Positions 12,987 through 25,960 of a DNA stretch of 64,000 nucleotides are shown in pieces (the first letter of the stretch is position 1; the number at the start of each line of letters is the position of its first letter). The stretch is from Octopus vulgaris (lineage: Eukaryota). The notes beneath the pieces were generated by a model. It saw only the letters and a list, made by a program, of their open reading frames with translations, made no database searches and was not told the DNA's origin. The translations under genes and the position numbers were made by a program. The DNA lies in the NCBI GenBank assembly GCA_951406725.2, contig OX597823.1:6014001-6078000 (forward strand), given 5' to 3'.

Positions 12987-13122
12987 AGTGATGGTGATGA
13001 TAGTGATGATGATGACGATGATGATGATGATGTTGATGATGATGATGATGATGATAGTGATGATGATGATGATAGTGATGATGATGATGATGATGATAGT
13101 GATGATGATGATGATGATAGTA
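12987..13122. repeat. (GAT)n compound microsatellite
   Basis: Read directly. Confidence 0.95.
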
Positions 13123-13640
13123 GCTCAGTTGTTGGAGGGAATTATGATTACATAAAGTTTGAAGAAAAAGAGTTTATGAGAAAGAAACCAAACAAGAAGT
13201 GGGAGAGATACAAAGAGGAAAATATGAAGTAACTGGGTGGGTGGGGACTAAGATGGCAGGGGTGGGGCACTGGTTAAAGGGGGGAGAGAAGGGAATAAGA
13301 ATTGTGTTTGAAGTAATGGGGATGGTGGGGAGAGTTTTTGTGACAAGGGGCAGTGATGGTGGTTGTGAAGGTGGTGGTGGTGATGGTGTTGGAAGGCGAT
13401 GATGATAATAATAGTGGTGATGGTGGTGGTAATGATGAGGGAAGCTGTTTAACCCCAGGTCGGCTCAGATAAAGCAGACCTATGATGAAAGGCATTTCAG
13501 CCATGGCCATCATGTCTTTTCCTATGTACAGAGAAACCGCAGATCACATTATCTCATGTGTTTTTTTTCTGACTTGAAGGGAGGGAGATATGACTGCTAC
13601 TTCTAGCAGGTTGAACAGCCTTGTAGTGGCTCCTGCGTTA

Positions 13641-13673
<33 letters not shown>

Positions 13674-14560
13674 ATAGTGACAATGATGTTGGAGATGGTG
13701 GCAGCAGTGGCAGTAGCCATAGTAACAGCAGTGGAGGTGGTGGGGATGTTGAAAAGGGGGTGGGGTGGGGTGGCAGAAGGTGGTGGTGATAGGAAGAGTG
13801 AGAGAATGAAGGAAGTAGCAGTGGCTGTGTTGGTGGTGGTGGTAGTGGCGATGGTGCCTGCGACCCCACCCAACCACTGATGCTGGTAGACAGGGTAAAG
13901 GGGAAGCAGGTGGGAGTAGTGGGAGATGATGGACATCAAGTGGTGGCGGGGTAGTGGTGGTAGACTCTAATACACTTTATCTAAAGTGAGTGTGTATGTA
14001 TATATATAATATATATATATATATACATACATACACACTTTATCTATATATTCAGATTTGTTCTGGCTGACAGACAGAGATGCAGATATAAGCAGGATGT
14101 CTGTCAGTGTATAGATCTGGGGGTATATATATATATATATATATATAGCTAGGTGTATATATATATATATGTGTATGTGTGTAAATGTATATAGCTAGAT
14201 ATAAATGTCTGTATACGTGTGTTTAAAGTATGCAGCTGTGTATGTATATGTAAATGCATGTAGCCATGTATGTACATGTATGTCTAAATGTACGGATATG
14301 GATGTGTAGATGTATAGAGCTGGCTATGTCTATAAACGAGGGAAAGAGAAGATGGAATTCACATTGGTCATTTGTTAATCACAACAATCGTTTCAAGCCC
14401 ACTTCTTGCATTGGTCTCTTGCTGGTGGGATTCTGGGCAACTGGTTGTGGTGCATCCTTCGGTGCATATGTGACTCATCAGGTGATATCATCATCATCGT
14501 CGTCATCGTCCATCATCATCATCATCATCACCACCACCACCACCACCACCACCACTACCA

Positions 14561-14732
14561 CCCATCTACTCGCAATGCCAGAGGGCGCACACTCTCCTAC
14601 CCTGATGTAATCTCCAGGGATATAGGCATCCAGCAACAGGACCTCCATAATGCCATGAAGGACCGTGAAGTCTGGCGTAGCATGGTAAATTCCATTGTCT
14701 CGACCATGGTCAAACAATGATGATGATGATGA
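14561..14732 (+). mobile_element. 3' end of a different RTE-like LINE family
   Basis: Encodes PSTRNARGRTLSYPDVISRDIGIQQQDLHNAMKDREVWRSMV, a typical RTE C-terminus ('GR...W/Y.D.I..D...A.DR..WR'), then the stop runs into (GAT)n. Confidence 0.75.
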
Positions 14733-16970
14733 CCACCACCACCACCACCACCACCACCACCATCATCATTTTAACATTCACTTTGCCACACTTGCAGGGG
14801 TCAAAATTAATTTGTTGAGGCAGATTTCCCAGGGTCAGATGCTCTTCCCGTTGCCAACCCTCACCTGTTTCCAAGAAGCCAATATTTCTCCATGGACAGA
14901 CATGTTTTTTTTACAGAAGGTCAGAAATGGATAACACCACTTGTATGACAGCGACACTCACTTAGAACAATCAAATGATGTCAAGACAAGGAGACACACA
15001 AACAGATACATTTATATACCTAAACACACACACACACACACACACAGACAATGGGCTTCTTTCAGTTTTCACCTACCAAACCAACTCACAAGGATTTGGC
15101 CAGCCTTTTGCTGTTACAGAAGACACAGGGCTGTGCATTGGAACAGAACTCAGGACAGCAGAGTTGGGAAACCAGTTTCTCAAAAAGATAAAAAGAAAAA
15201 CGGAGATATCTCTGTACGAAAAGGTATTTAGAGATTTTTGGGGTAAAATAATTTGTTGGCTTAGATACAAACAAACGATATCTGGAGAGAATGTCTGGGA
15301 TTAACAACAGAAATTGTGAAGATTTCACTTTGTTAGGATTCATCAACCCCAATGCATTCAAGAGAATATGATTTATGGCCAAACAGTTTAGATAAAATGA
15401 TTTGGTTTATCTCAAGGAATATCTCTCTCTCTCTCTCTCTCTCCATGTCTGCCTGACTGTCTACCCCCCCCCCAATCACCTATCAATAAAGCTCAACATG
15501 AAAATCTAAACCAGCAACAAAACATCTGTTGTCGATTTCTTGCACTGCTACAAACAACAGTTTATATTCAACAATCTTATTTTCACAGGATTGTTTAGAA
15601 TACAGAACAGACATTTAGTAATTATTACCTAACAGTTGCAATAGGTTTGTGACAATTTGGCTGGATGCAAAGTCTGGCTGTGTAGTTGAGAAGTTCACTT
15701 CTCAAACCTGTGGATTCTGGTTCAGTCCCTCCTATGCACTGTAGCTTGGGCAAGTGTCTTCTAACATAATCCACAATCAACAAAAGCTCAGAATGGGTTT
15801 GGTTGACAGGAACAAACCAAAAGAGAACTTCATATCATCACCCTCATAATCATTTAATATCAACAGCTGCAGGATGAAGGCCTCAACATTCCGTTGCCAG
15901 CTTATTATGTTGCTTGTTAGAGGCTTACCTGACCATGGTTGGTCAATTATATGTTGGACGAGGTGCAGCCTTTGTCATGTCCTTAGCACAAGTCATTGGC
16001 ATCAAGGCAGAGTTTTAGCTCAGCATGCAAAGTATTGAAATAGTTTCCCTAGAACCTCTCATCCATTCCTCTAAACAGTCTGCTAATCCAACACCCACTG
16101 GTGTTGGTTTGTTTATGTCCCCATAACTTAGCAGTTCAGAAAAAAGAGACTGCTAGAATAAGGGCCAGACTTTAAAAAAAAAAGGAATTTGTGCCAATGC
16201 TGAGGTGATGCAGCATGGCCACAGTCCAATGAGTGAAAGAAGTAAATGATAAGGAAATCATAATAGAAGAGCATTGGGATATGAATGCCAGCATGGATGT
16301 GCCACACGTCTTGTTGTCATGTCATCTGAGCCACTGACCATATTCAGTTCTTCTGCCTCGTCTACCATTTCAATCTTTGCGCACTTAAAGGGGTGCACAT
16401 CCTCCCTACAGCAATCCTTTTGAGATTGCTAATATCCTCTACTTCGGTTTACTCATCAGGTATTGTGGGGTGGCCATTCAGGTGCACCACTGACTTCTGT
16501 GACCCATAAGTGAGAGCTGTGAAGTAGTTGCAGACCAGTGCCTCTGTCCATATCTCAGAAAGTTCACACACACACATGATGGGCTTCCATGTAATTTTCA
16601 TCAACCAAATTCACTCTCAAGGTATTGGTTGGCTTGGGGCTATAGTAGATGACACTTGCCCAGGTTGCCATGCTGTGGGACTGAGCTTGAAACCCTGTGA
16701 CCCTGTGACTCACCCACACAGTCATGGCAAACTTTAAATTGGAAAACTGCAAAAAAAAAAAAGATCTCTAAATCAAGACAACCTTTTAAAAAAGCCAATG
16801 TTTTTATAATAAAGAAACAAAAAAGTACCAATGCACATGTTTGTCATTGCCATAATGACTCTCCCTGAAACACAACAAAATCTGTTTCAACCCACAAGTT
16901 CATCTCAAGAATTTTGCAAACCAAAAATCCAAAAAGGAAAGATAATAATTGAAGGAAAGAGTCAACTTAC

Positions 16971-17091
16971 TGCCTTTTTTACATGGTGCATACGTTTCAT
17001 ACATCCGTGAGGAAGGTTTTTTCACAATACATCGACCAATTGGCTCCCGTTTGTCTCTTCCAAAGAAATACATGTAGCGGGGAGCACAGGC
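16971..17091 (-). CDS. Integrin alpha subunit, internal coding exon B
   Basis: ctcttccag|GCC TGT...GGC A|gtaagt, 121 bp, phase 0 to 1. ACAPRYMYFFGRDKREPIGRCIVKKPSSRMYETYAPCKKG resembles alphaV/alpha5/alpha8/PS2-type 'ACAP.Y...REPVG.C...EYAPC'. Confidence 0.95.
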
Positions 17092-17292
17092 CTGGAAGAG
17101 AAATCACATTGGGGGTTAGTAATTAGGTTTTTTATTAATTGATTGTGATTCAGAGGAGAAAAGTCAAGAATTAGATTTGTTGTTGGTGTTAGACATTACA
17201 AGACAATACCATTATTCCTACATTTCTTAACGACAAGGTTTTGGTTTCAGTCACACTGAGTAGTTCTTTGGACAAGCATCTTCTACAATATC

Positions 17293-17490
17293 CAGGGCCA
17301 GATTAAGACCAACAGACGCCCAGAGCACTTAAAAGATCCTAGTGCCCCCATCTACATGTAATTCAAAATATTAACAATAAAAAAAACATAAAATGCATTA
17401 TTTTTCAAAATGAAACAAAACTGGAAAATACGACTAGCCAGTTCCCAGTCGAACAGTCTGACCCATGCCAGCATGGAAAGCGGACGTTAA

Positions 17491-17521
<31 letters not shown>

Positions 17522-17785
17522 CTTCCAATTTATTTATATTTGGAAAATTCCTTCCTACTTTTTTAAATTGCAGATCCTCACTATAACACCATGAACATTT
17601 CAAGATTATATTTCCAATCTTATAAACGATTTCAAGTATTATTTTATTATTTTAGTGAGTTGAAAGTGATTTCTTTTGTGCTGTAAACCATTTACTATTA
17701 TATTTCTGTGGTGCGCCCCCCCCCCACCACTTCCTTTGGTGCCCTAAGCACATGTTTATCTTATTTAATGGTTAATCCAACACAA
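17293..17785. mobile_element. Degenerate hAT-like MITE, nested in a SINE and carrying an RTE tail (17436-17520)
   Basis: Left end cagggccagattaa; right end ggtgccctaagcac...ggttaatcc. SINE halves lie on both sides, and a related right end occurs at 27105-27185. Confidence 0.5.
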
Positions 17786-17900
17786 ACTATAACCCTGGGC
17801 CAACCAAAGCATTGTGAGTGGATTTGATAGAAGGAAACTGAAAGAAAGATGTTGTATATGTGTTTGTATATGCATGTGCTAGAATGAGTGTGTGTGTTTG

Positions 17901-17951
<51 letters not shown>

Positions 17952-18754
17952 TTGTGTGTGTGTGTTTCCTGTTTCCCTGTCCTGACACCATATGACAGTT
18001 GTAAGCAAGTGTTAGCCTCATACAAACATTTTCAGTCTTCCTTCAATTCCAGTTCCCCATGAAAAACATGTCTTATCACGGGGAAATATCTCTTTACTTG
18101 GAAATAGGTGAAGGTTGGAGACAGGAAGGGCATCACAGCCACAGAAACTTCAACCCAACAAATGCTATATGCCCCGTTATTAGACTATTTTCCTTAGTCA
18201 CCGCACGGTGAATGCCATAAGCTTGAACCTTATATAAATATACCATTATACAGCACCATATAATAAAGTTATTCGCACCGAAAGCATATATATATATATA
18301 TATGCTTATTATAGCCTTAGGCCGACCAAAACCTTGTGAGTGGATTTTGTACTCGGAAACTGAAAGAAGACTGTCGTATATATATGTGTATATATGTGTA
18401 TGTGTGTGTATGTGTCTTGTGTTTGTACCTCCACCATTGCTTGACAACTGATGTTGCTGTGTTTACATTCCTGTAACTTAGCGGTTTGGTAAAAGACACT
18501 GACAGAATGAGTACAAAGCTTACAAAGAATAAATCTGTGGTTGATTTCTTTAACCAACGGTGGTGCTCTAACATGGCTGCAGTCACATGACTGAAACAAG
18601 TAAAACAATAAAAATCTATGCCATTTTAATTCTGGGCAAGGCCAGGTATCTCTGCTAGTATAAATATGCATACATATATACATATATATGCATATATATA
18701 TCATCATCATCATCATCAACATCGTTTAACGTCTGCTTTCCATGCTAGCATAGG

Positions 18755-18797
<43 letters not shown>

Positions 18798-18862
18798 CAT
18801 TATATATAAACTAATACACTTGCTTCATCTTTTATTTTTCTATAAATTTCATCTATATATAT

Positions 18863-19273
18863 TACTCTTTACCCTTTTACTTGTTTCACTCAATTTGACT
18901 GCAGCCATGCTGGAGCACTGCCTTTAGTTGAGCAAATCGACCCCAAGACTTACTCTTAGTAAGCCTAGTACTTATTCTATCGGTGTCTTTTGCCGAACCG
19001 CTAAGTTACGGGGACGTAAACACACCAGCATCAGTTGTCAAGCGATGTTGGGGGGACAAACACAGACACACAAACATATACATACACATACATGTATATA
19101 TACATATATACGACGGGCTTCTTTCAGTTTCCATCTACCAAATCCACTCACAAGGCATTGGTCAGCCTGATGCTATAGTAGAAGACACTTGCCCAAAGTG
19201 CCATGCAGTGGGACTGAACCCGGAACCATGTGGTTGGTAGACAAGCTACTTACCACACAGCCACTCCTGCGCC
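18863..19273 (-). mobile_element. SINE family 1 (full length, young)
   Basis: Close reverse complement of 1862-2268. Confidence 0.9.
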
Positions 19274-19407
19274 TATATATATATATATATATATTATATT
19301 AAATTAGAGATAAATTTAATATAATACAATATAATATATTTATACTATAAAATTGGATTTAATCCTAAATCTAATTTTTCCCTGTAAGTTTGGATTTATT
19401 CCTTAAT

Positions 19408-19439
<32 letters not shown>

Positions 19440-20006
19440 TAAGGTCGTTCAAATTTTCTCAACTGATCAATAGATTAATTATTGAGGAAACCTATCAGTA
19501 ATGAACCTATAATGACCACTGGAAACAGCTGTAAGCCAAATTTACTTCAATAAAGAAAAAACATGTATAAAGATCGGACACATGATGATGATGATGTTGT
19601 GTGTGTGTGTGTGTGTGTTTGCCACACACGTTCATATGTTTCTCATTTTCAACTTCCTGCTCATGTCATATTTCTTAACGAACATGGAAATTTATAGAAG
19701 TCAGACTAACTTTGGAACATTACAACTTGGAGTGTTATTAATGCCATCACTTGAAGAGCAGTGAGGGAACAAAATGGGATACTTTAGAAATAAATCAAAA
19801 AAAAAAAATACGGAAAACACTACTGAAAGAAACAAAACCTTCATTGTATTGTATTTTTTCTTTTGTTAGTAGAAGAATGAGGTAGTTTTCCCTTATTTTT
19901 TTTTTTTTCTTGTATGTGTTTTTATATTTCTGAAAGCTAAAATATGTTTCCATTTTACATTTGTAACTTCGCCATAGAAGCAATAAATTTCAGAGTCCCT
20001 TCCTTC

Positions 20007-20057
<51 letters not shown>

Positions 20058-20127
20058 GTATGTATGTATATATGTGTATTTGTATACATATATATTATGT
20101 GTGTATGTGCTAGCATGTGTGTGTGTT

Positions 20128-20167
<40 letters not shown>

Positions 20168-20764
20168 AAAAATCTTGCACAACAAATATTTAAACGTATA
20201 TATATATATATATATACATATATATATACATATATATACATATATACACACACATATATATACATATATACACACACATATATTGTTTTTGAAATATTTT
20301 CTTGTATTCCTTTGGGCTGTTCTTACCATTCCTTAATGCAGACTCCACTCCATCCTCTCAAAATAAATGAAAGAGATATTACAAAAATAAAACAAAAAAT
20401 GGTAGGGAGAGGAGAGACAGACAGACAAGAGTCAACAACAACAACAAAAAAGACCAAATGGAACAACAATAGCAAAACAAAACAAAAAAAACACAGCAAA
20501 ATGTGATAAAATTCTTCAGATGTGTGAAGATGAAGATTTCAACCTCATTGCCAACTGTTTCCTTCTGAAATTCTCTCTGATATCCAAGGTTTGTTTCCAA
20601 TTACACTTCCAAGGAATATCTTCATATTTTGTCCCCCCCCACCCCACCCCATGCCAACTTCTGAAGAACTTAAAGATTTCTCTTTTGTCTTGGTTCCTAT
20701 TTGCAGACATTTACTTTATTAATTCTTGTTTTTTTTTATGTTTACATTTATATTTTTTTTATTT

Positions 20765-21180
20765 CTTACTTATTTCAGTCATTCGACTGAGGCCATGCTG
20801 GGGCACTGTTTTGAAGAATTTTTAGTTGAATGAATTAACTCCAGTACTTAGGTTTTTAAGATTGGCGCTTATTCTGTCAGTCTCTTTTGCTGAACTTTAA
20901 GTTACAGGGATGTAAACACACCAACACCAGTTGTCAAGTGGTGGTGGTGGTGGTGAGGACAAGCACAGACACAAAAACATGCACACACACACACACATGA
21001 GGACACACATATATGTACAATGGGCTTCTTTCAGTTTCTGTCTACCAAATCCACTGACAAGGCTTTGGTCAGTCCAAGGCTATGGTAGAAGACACTGGCC
21101 CAAGGTGCTACGCAGTGGGACTGAACCCAGAACTGTGTGATTGGGATGCAAGCTTCTTACCACTTAGCCACCCCTGCGCC
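20765..21180 (-). mobile_element. SINE family 1
   Basis: Reverse-complement similarity to 1862-2268. Confidence 0.8.
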
Positions 21181-21404
21181 TATACAAAATAGTGGCCAGC
21201 AAGCTGCTACAGAGAATCGAACCCTGGACCTCTCAAATTTTAGCTGAGCACTCTGTATCATTAAGCTAAGTGACTCCTGATTATGTTTATGCTTATATTT
21301 TTCACTTGTTTGCAGTGTTGGGACAGGGTGGAGTGAAGTGAGGTTGGGGTAGGCTGGTGTGATTCTATTAAATGCAAAAACCATTTATTTCTAATTAGTT
21401 ATTA

Positions 21405-21441
<37 letters not shown>

Positions 21442-21559
21442 GGTCACTGCCTGGAATTGAACTCGGATTCTTATTGTGTTCAGGGTAATGGAAGTTGTTT
21501 GATAGAAAGTGGTGCACAAGAGTCAGAACAAATTTGTTCTGAATTGTAAAAATATGACT

Positions 21560-21849
21560 GGTACTCTGATGACTGTTCCAGTTGATCAATGGAACAGCCT
21601 GCTTGTGAAATTAATGTGCAAGTGGCTGAGTACTCCACAGACATGCGTATGCTTAATATAGTTCTCAGGGAGATTCAATGTGACACTGGCCTTTTGATTT
21701 ACGGGTACAACTCGTTTTTGCCAGCTGAGTGGATTGGAGTAATGTGAAATAAAGTGTCTTGCTCAAGGACACAACGTGTCACTGGAAATTGAACTCACGA
21801 CCTTGTGATTGTGAATCAAATACCCTAACCGCTAAGCCACATACCTTCA
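21560..21849 (-). mobile_element. SINE family 2
   Basis: Reverse complement of 24945-25270. Confidence 0.8.
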
Positions 21850-22121
21850 CAAAATATAATTAAACGAGCACTCAAAAAATAGGTATCAAAAATACCTTAG
21901 GAATGAGAACTTAGGTTCGAAATTTTCCAAGAGGCCCAAGATGCCATGCAGTGGAACTGAACCTGGAATCATGTGTTTGGAAAGCAAGCTTCTTACCACA
22001 CAGCCATGCCTGCACCCATATATATAAACATATATTCATACACACAAACACATCTTAATTATGTTACTGAATTAAAATATTACATAATTTCTATATTTTT
22101 CATTCTGTATTTTCTGTGCTT

Positions 22122-22152
<31 letters not shown>

Positions 22153-24464
22153 CAAGCCTTAATTGTGCTTATCTACCTCATTATCTCTATATCAGATTGA
22201 TTTGAATTTCTCTTATAGCTAATCTTGACGTTGTGGGCCTCACTCACCCTGGATGAAAAATTGGAGTTTAAGCTCAGATTCACTCGAGCACTACCATGTG
22301 TTTACTATACTGAGCTAATCTAGCTTTTAACTTGTATGTGTGAGTGTGTATTGACAGACAAACAGACAGATATTGTGCATTAGTATGGGTACAGCTTGCA
22401 GATAGTTTCCTGATGCCTCCCTAATATATTTGCATGGTATTTCCACCTATTTACATAGCATGCAGTCATTTTGTAAAATGCTGTTAACATTTTATGAAAC
22501 CATGTTCCACAATCCAATTACAAACCGCTAATTATGCCTCACACCATTATTGTGTAATTAACATCATTAGACAGAGTAATAATGGGTTTAGATAATGTAA
22601 ATAAACCACTGCCATTACTTATTCAGAGATGTTATCTACACAAAAAAAAAGAACATTAGTTACAATATTTCTCCTAAGTTAAATTTCAAAAGTTTGCTCC
22701 TTGTGTCCTAGAAAACAAAGGCTGTGTTTTTCTTTAACCAACCACTTTTAACCCTTGAGATGAGCTCATTGTTATTCAGTGTTTTAATGTCCTTTTTTTC
22801 TATGCTTGCATGGGTCAGACAGAATTCAATGAGGCAAATTGCTTTAATGCTCTTCCAGATGTCAACCCTCTCCTGTCTCCAACAAAGTAATATTTCCCCC
22901 ATGGCTGTACATAATTTCATGGAAGATTGGACAGAAACAACACTGCTTGTATGACAGGGATGCTTACTTACAACTTTGTGTGATGCCAAGACAATGAAAC
23001 TCCAACATACATAAATACACACATGCATCTACACACACATCATGACCATTGCTTTAACATTCCATGCCATCATGGGAGTGCCATAATCTCAGGAGCAAAC
23101 AAAAGACCAATGATTCCCAAATTATCCAACATCAATCCCTGCACATCCAGTTTTACATCAGAGTGACCTTCTCCTAGAGGCATACTTTAACAAAAGCTAA
23201 GGGGTGTCTCACTCCCAGTGGTCTTCAAGCATGCTGGACACCTATCCAGAATTTTTGAGAGCCTGTGTTAAAGGTTCATCCATGCTTTTGACTGGTCTTG
23301 TTTTAAGTCCTGCTGGGTTTCTAGCAACCCTCCTCAAAACTCAAGCTTAGTGAGGGTACCAGTTTAGTTGGCAGCAACCTGACCATGCAACAGGTTGTGC
23401 ATGTGTGCATGCATACATATACATACATGTTGATGGGCTATTTTTTGTTTCTGTCTACCAAATCCTCTGACAAGGTTTTGGTCAGCCCAGAGCTATGATA
23501 GAAGATGCTTGCCATGTAGTGGACTAAAGACGAAACTGTATCATTTGGAAGTGAACTTCTTAACCATGTAACCACATGTGTGCCCAGGCCATGCCTGCAT
23601 CTAGTATCTCTGCTGGATTTACCATGTCTTCATAATGTAGAACTAACAGAAAATAGTGCTGACCAGAACTAATCAACAGAATCTGTCATTAAGCCTCTAA
23701 CGAAATATTTTGGTGAAGTATGCTTAAGTGTTAGATTTTTTTTTCATGTTTATTAAACATTAATTTTACCAAATTTTTTCAAATCAATATCAAGGTACAT
23801 CTTCGACACTGGGAAATCCAATAATTTGTTGCTTGGTGAGAATCAAATAATTATGAAATGTTTATGCAGTGAGGAAAATATAGCATTAACCCAATGAGTA
23901 ATATCATTTCAATTGTGATAAATATGGGAAATAACTCTAGACATGTTTCTAACTTATATGACCTCCTCAGTGAAACATCTTTTACAGTACTTCTCAAAGT
24001 AGTGATGACTAAGTAGATGTATAATAATGCTTATGATCAGTTTAAAAAAATTAGAATATTTACTTGCATAAGTTGCTACAACTAATTACTTAGGGACTCC
24101 ATTCATATGAAAAATAAGAGCTAAGTTTGTCTAAGTGTATTTAATCATTAAAATTCTAATTAAAAGTACTTGCATGGTCAGGAAAAAGCATTACTGAAAG
24201 GATTAAAAATAATACCAGTCATTGAGCTAAATTTGTGTTTTCCCTCACTCAATTAATACATTAACACTAATTAAGTAATGAGTTTGAATAATCTTTGCTA
24301 AGTAAATATTTACTGTTGGCTTTAATAGTTGTGAGTTTATAATTACAATGCTATGATTAAATAATTATAACTTTATAATTATAACATCATAATTATATGA
24401 TGCATAATTTCTATGAAACATTACACATGCACACACACACACATATATACACATGCACATAGCA

Positions 24465-24497
<33 letters not shown>

Positions 24498-24944
24498 CCT
24501 CACTCTCCCTCTCTCCGTCTCTCTGTATGTCATATATATATCACATAGAAAGATATATTTTTATCTTTTACTTTTTTCAGTCATTAGACTGCGGCCATGC
24601 TGGAGCAGTGCCTTGAAGAATATTTTTGTCACATGAATCAACCCCAATACTTTTTTTTTTAGAAGTCTTGTACTTATTCTACTAATCTCTTTTGCCAGGC
24701 TGCTAAGTTACAGGAACATAAACACACCAACACCAGCTGTGAAGTGGTGGTGAGGGTCAAACATACACACATACACTCACGTACATACATACATACATAC
24801 ATATATATATATTGGCCTGCTCGCTTAGCCAGCGGGTTGGCGTCACTCGAAGGCTAAAACAATGCGAACGCATTGTGACCAGCGATGTGTAACAACATCT
24901 GATGGTCTGGTCGGTCACGAAAAAAAAATATATATATATATGTA

Positions 24945-25268
24945 GAAGGTGCATAGCTTAGTGGTTAGGGCATTTGGCTCACAATTGTAAGGTCATAAGT
25001 TCAATTCTCAGCAATGTGTTGTGTCCTTGAGCAAGACACTTTATTTCACATTGCTCCAGTCCACTCAGCTGGCAAAAATGAGTAGTTCCTGAATTTCAAA
25101 AGGGCCAGCCTTGTCACACCCTGTGTCATGCTGAAGTTCCCAGTAAACAATGTTTAGGGTATACGTGTCTGTGGAGTGCTCAGCCACTTGCACATTAATT
25201 ACATGAGCAAGCTGTTCTGTTGATCTTATCAGCTGGGACCCTCATTGTTGTAACCGACGGAGTGCTCG

Positions 25269-25270
<2 letters not shown>
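24945..25270 (+). mobile_element. tRNA-derived SINE, family 2
   Basis: A box tagcttagtggtt, B box agttcaattctc, core ttgtgtccttgagcaagacactttatttcac...ctccagtccactcagctg. Other copies at 32032-32347(+), 12356-12668(-) and 21560-21849(-). Confidence 0.85.
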
Positions 25271-25320
<50 letters not shown>

Positions 25321-25493
25321 AGCAATAATATCGTGAAGTATTTTGCCACTTAAATGTGGCTAACCCCTAAGGGTGGATGCTACTGTAGCTTGTAGCCCCA
25401 GGAGGACACCTCCTCCAGCTGGCTATTGACACACTTTCTGTGCCCTATCAGTATTTGCAAAGGGAAGCCATCCATCCCGTTTTCAACCTGACA

Positions 25494-25546
25494 TGTTACA
25501 CACGGACTCGAGTTTCTGGGTATTGACCCGTCATCAGTGTGTGACA
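25494..25546 (-). ncRNA. Type I hammerhead ribozyme-like motif
   Basis: Minus strand cacaca-CUGAUGA-cggg(ucaaua)ccca-GAAA-cucgag-UC-cgugug: full core, GUC triplet, palindromic stem III. Confidence 0.7.
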
Positions 25547-25736
25547 ATCACAAGTTGTCAATGAAAAGTAGGCCTCCCTTTGCAAATATAAATCCTTTTT
25601 CCAGTGACGAAAAGTCACTGATATCGAAAAAGTGTAAGCAAGCAATAATATTAATAACATTATTGCTTGTTTACACTTCATCTGGTGGCTTGGGAAATTT
25701 CGAACCAAGGTTCTCATTGTAAAGGTATTTTTCGAT

Positions 25737-25838
25737 GTTATTATTATTATTATTATTATTATTCAGGTCACTGCCTGGAACTGAACTCAGAATCTTGGGG
25801 TTAGTAGCCCCCGCACTCTTAACCACTACACCATATGT

Positions 25839-25841
<3 letters not shown>
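25737..25841 (-). mobile_element. Short tRNA-like SINE or pseudo-tRNA with (AAT)n tail
   Basis: Minus strand ggacatatggtgtagtggttaagagt...gagttcagttccaggcagtgacctg(aat)n; partial copy at 21400-21470. Confidence 0.65.
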
Positions 25842-25881
<40 letters not shown>

Positions 25882-25893
25882 TATATATATATG

Positions 25894-25946
<53 letters not shown>

Positions 25947-25960
25947 ATGTATATATATAT

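Noticed and set aside
12870-13232. Acidic poly-Asp protein
   Set aside because: SINE tail plus a (GAT)n microsatellite.
16430-16465. Hammerhead on the minus strand (CUGAUGAguaaaccGAAG)
   Set aside because: GAAA is broken and there is no stem III.
23300-23400. HDV-like ribozyme in a possible RTE 5' UTR fragment (minus strand)
   Set aside because: I could not build the nested double pseudoknot by eye; only simple hairpins.
25760-25841. Functional tRNA gene
   Set aside because: The acceptor stem does not pair and an (AAT)n tail follows; it is SINE-like. The same applies to the other SINE heads.
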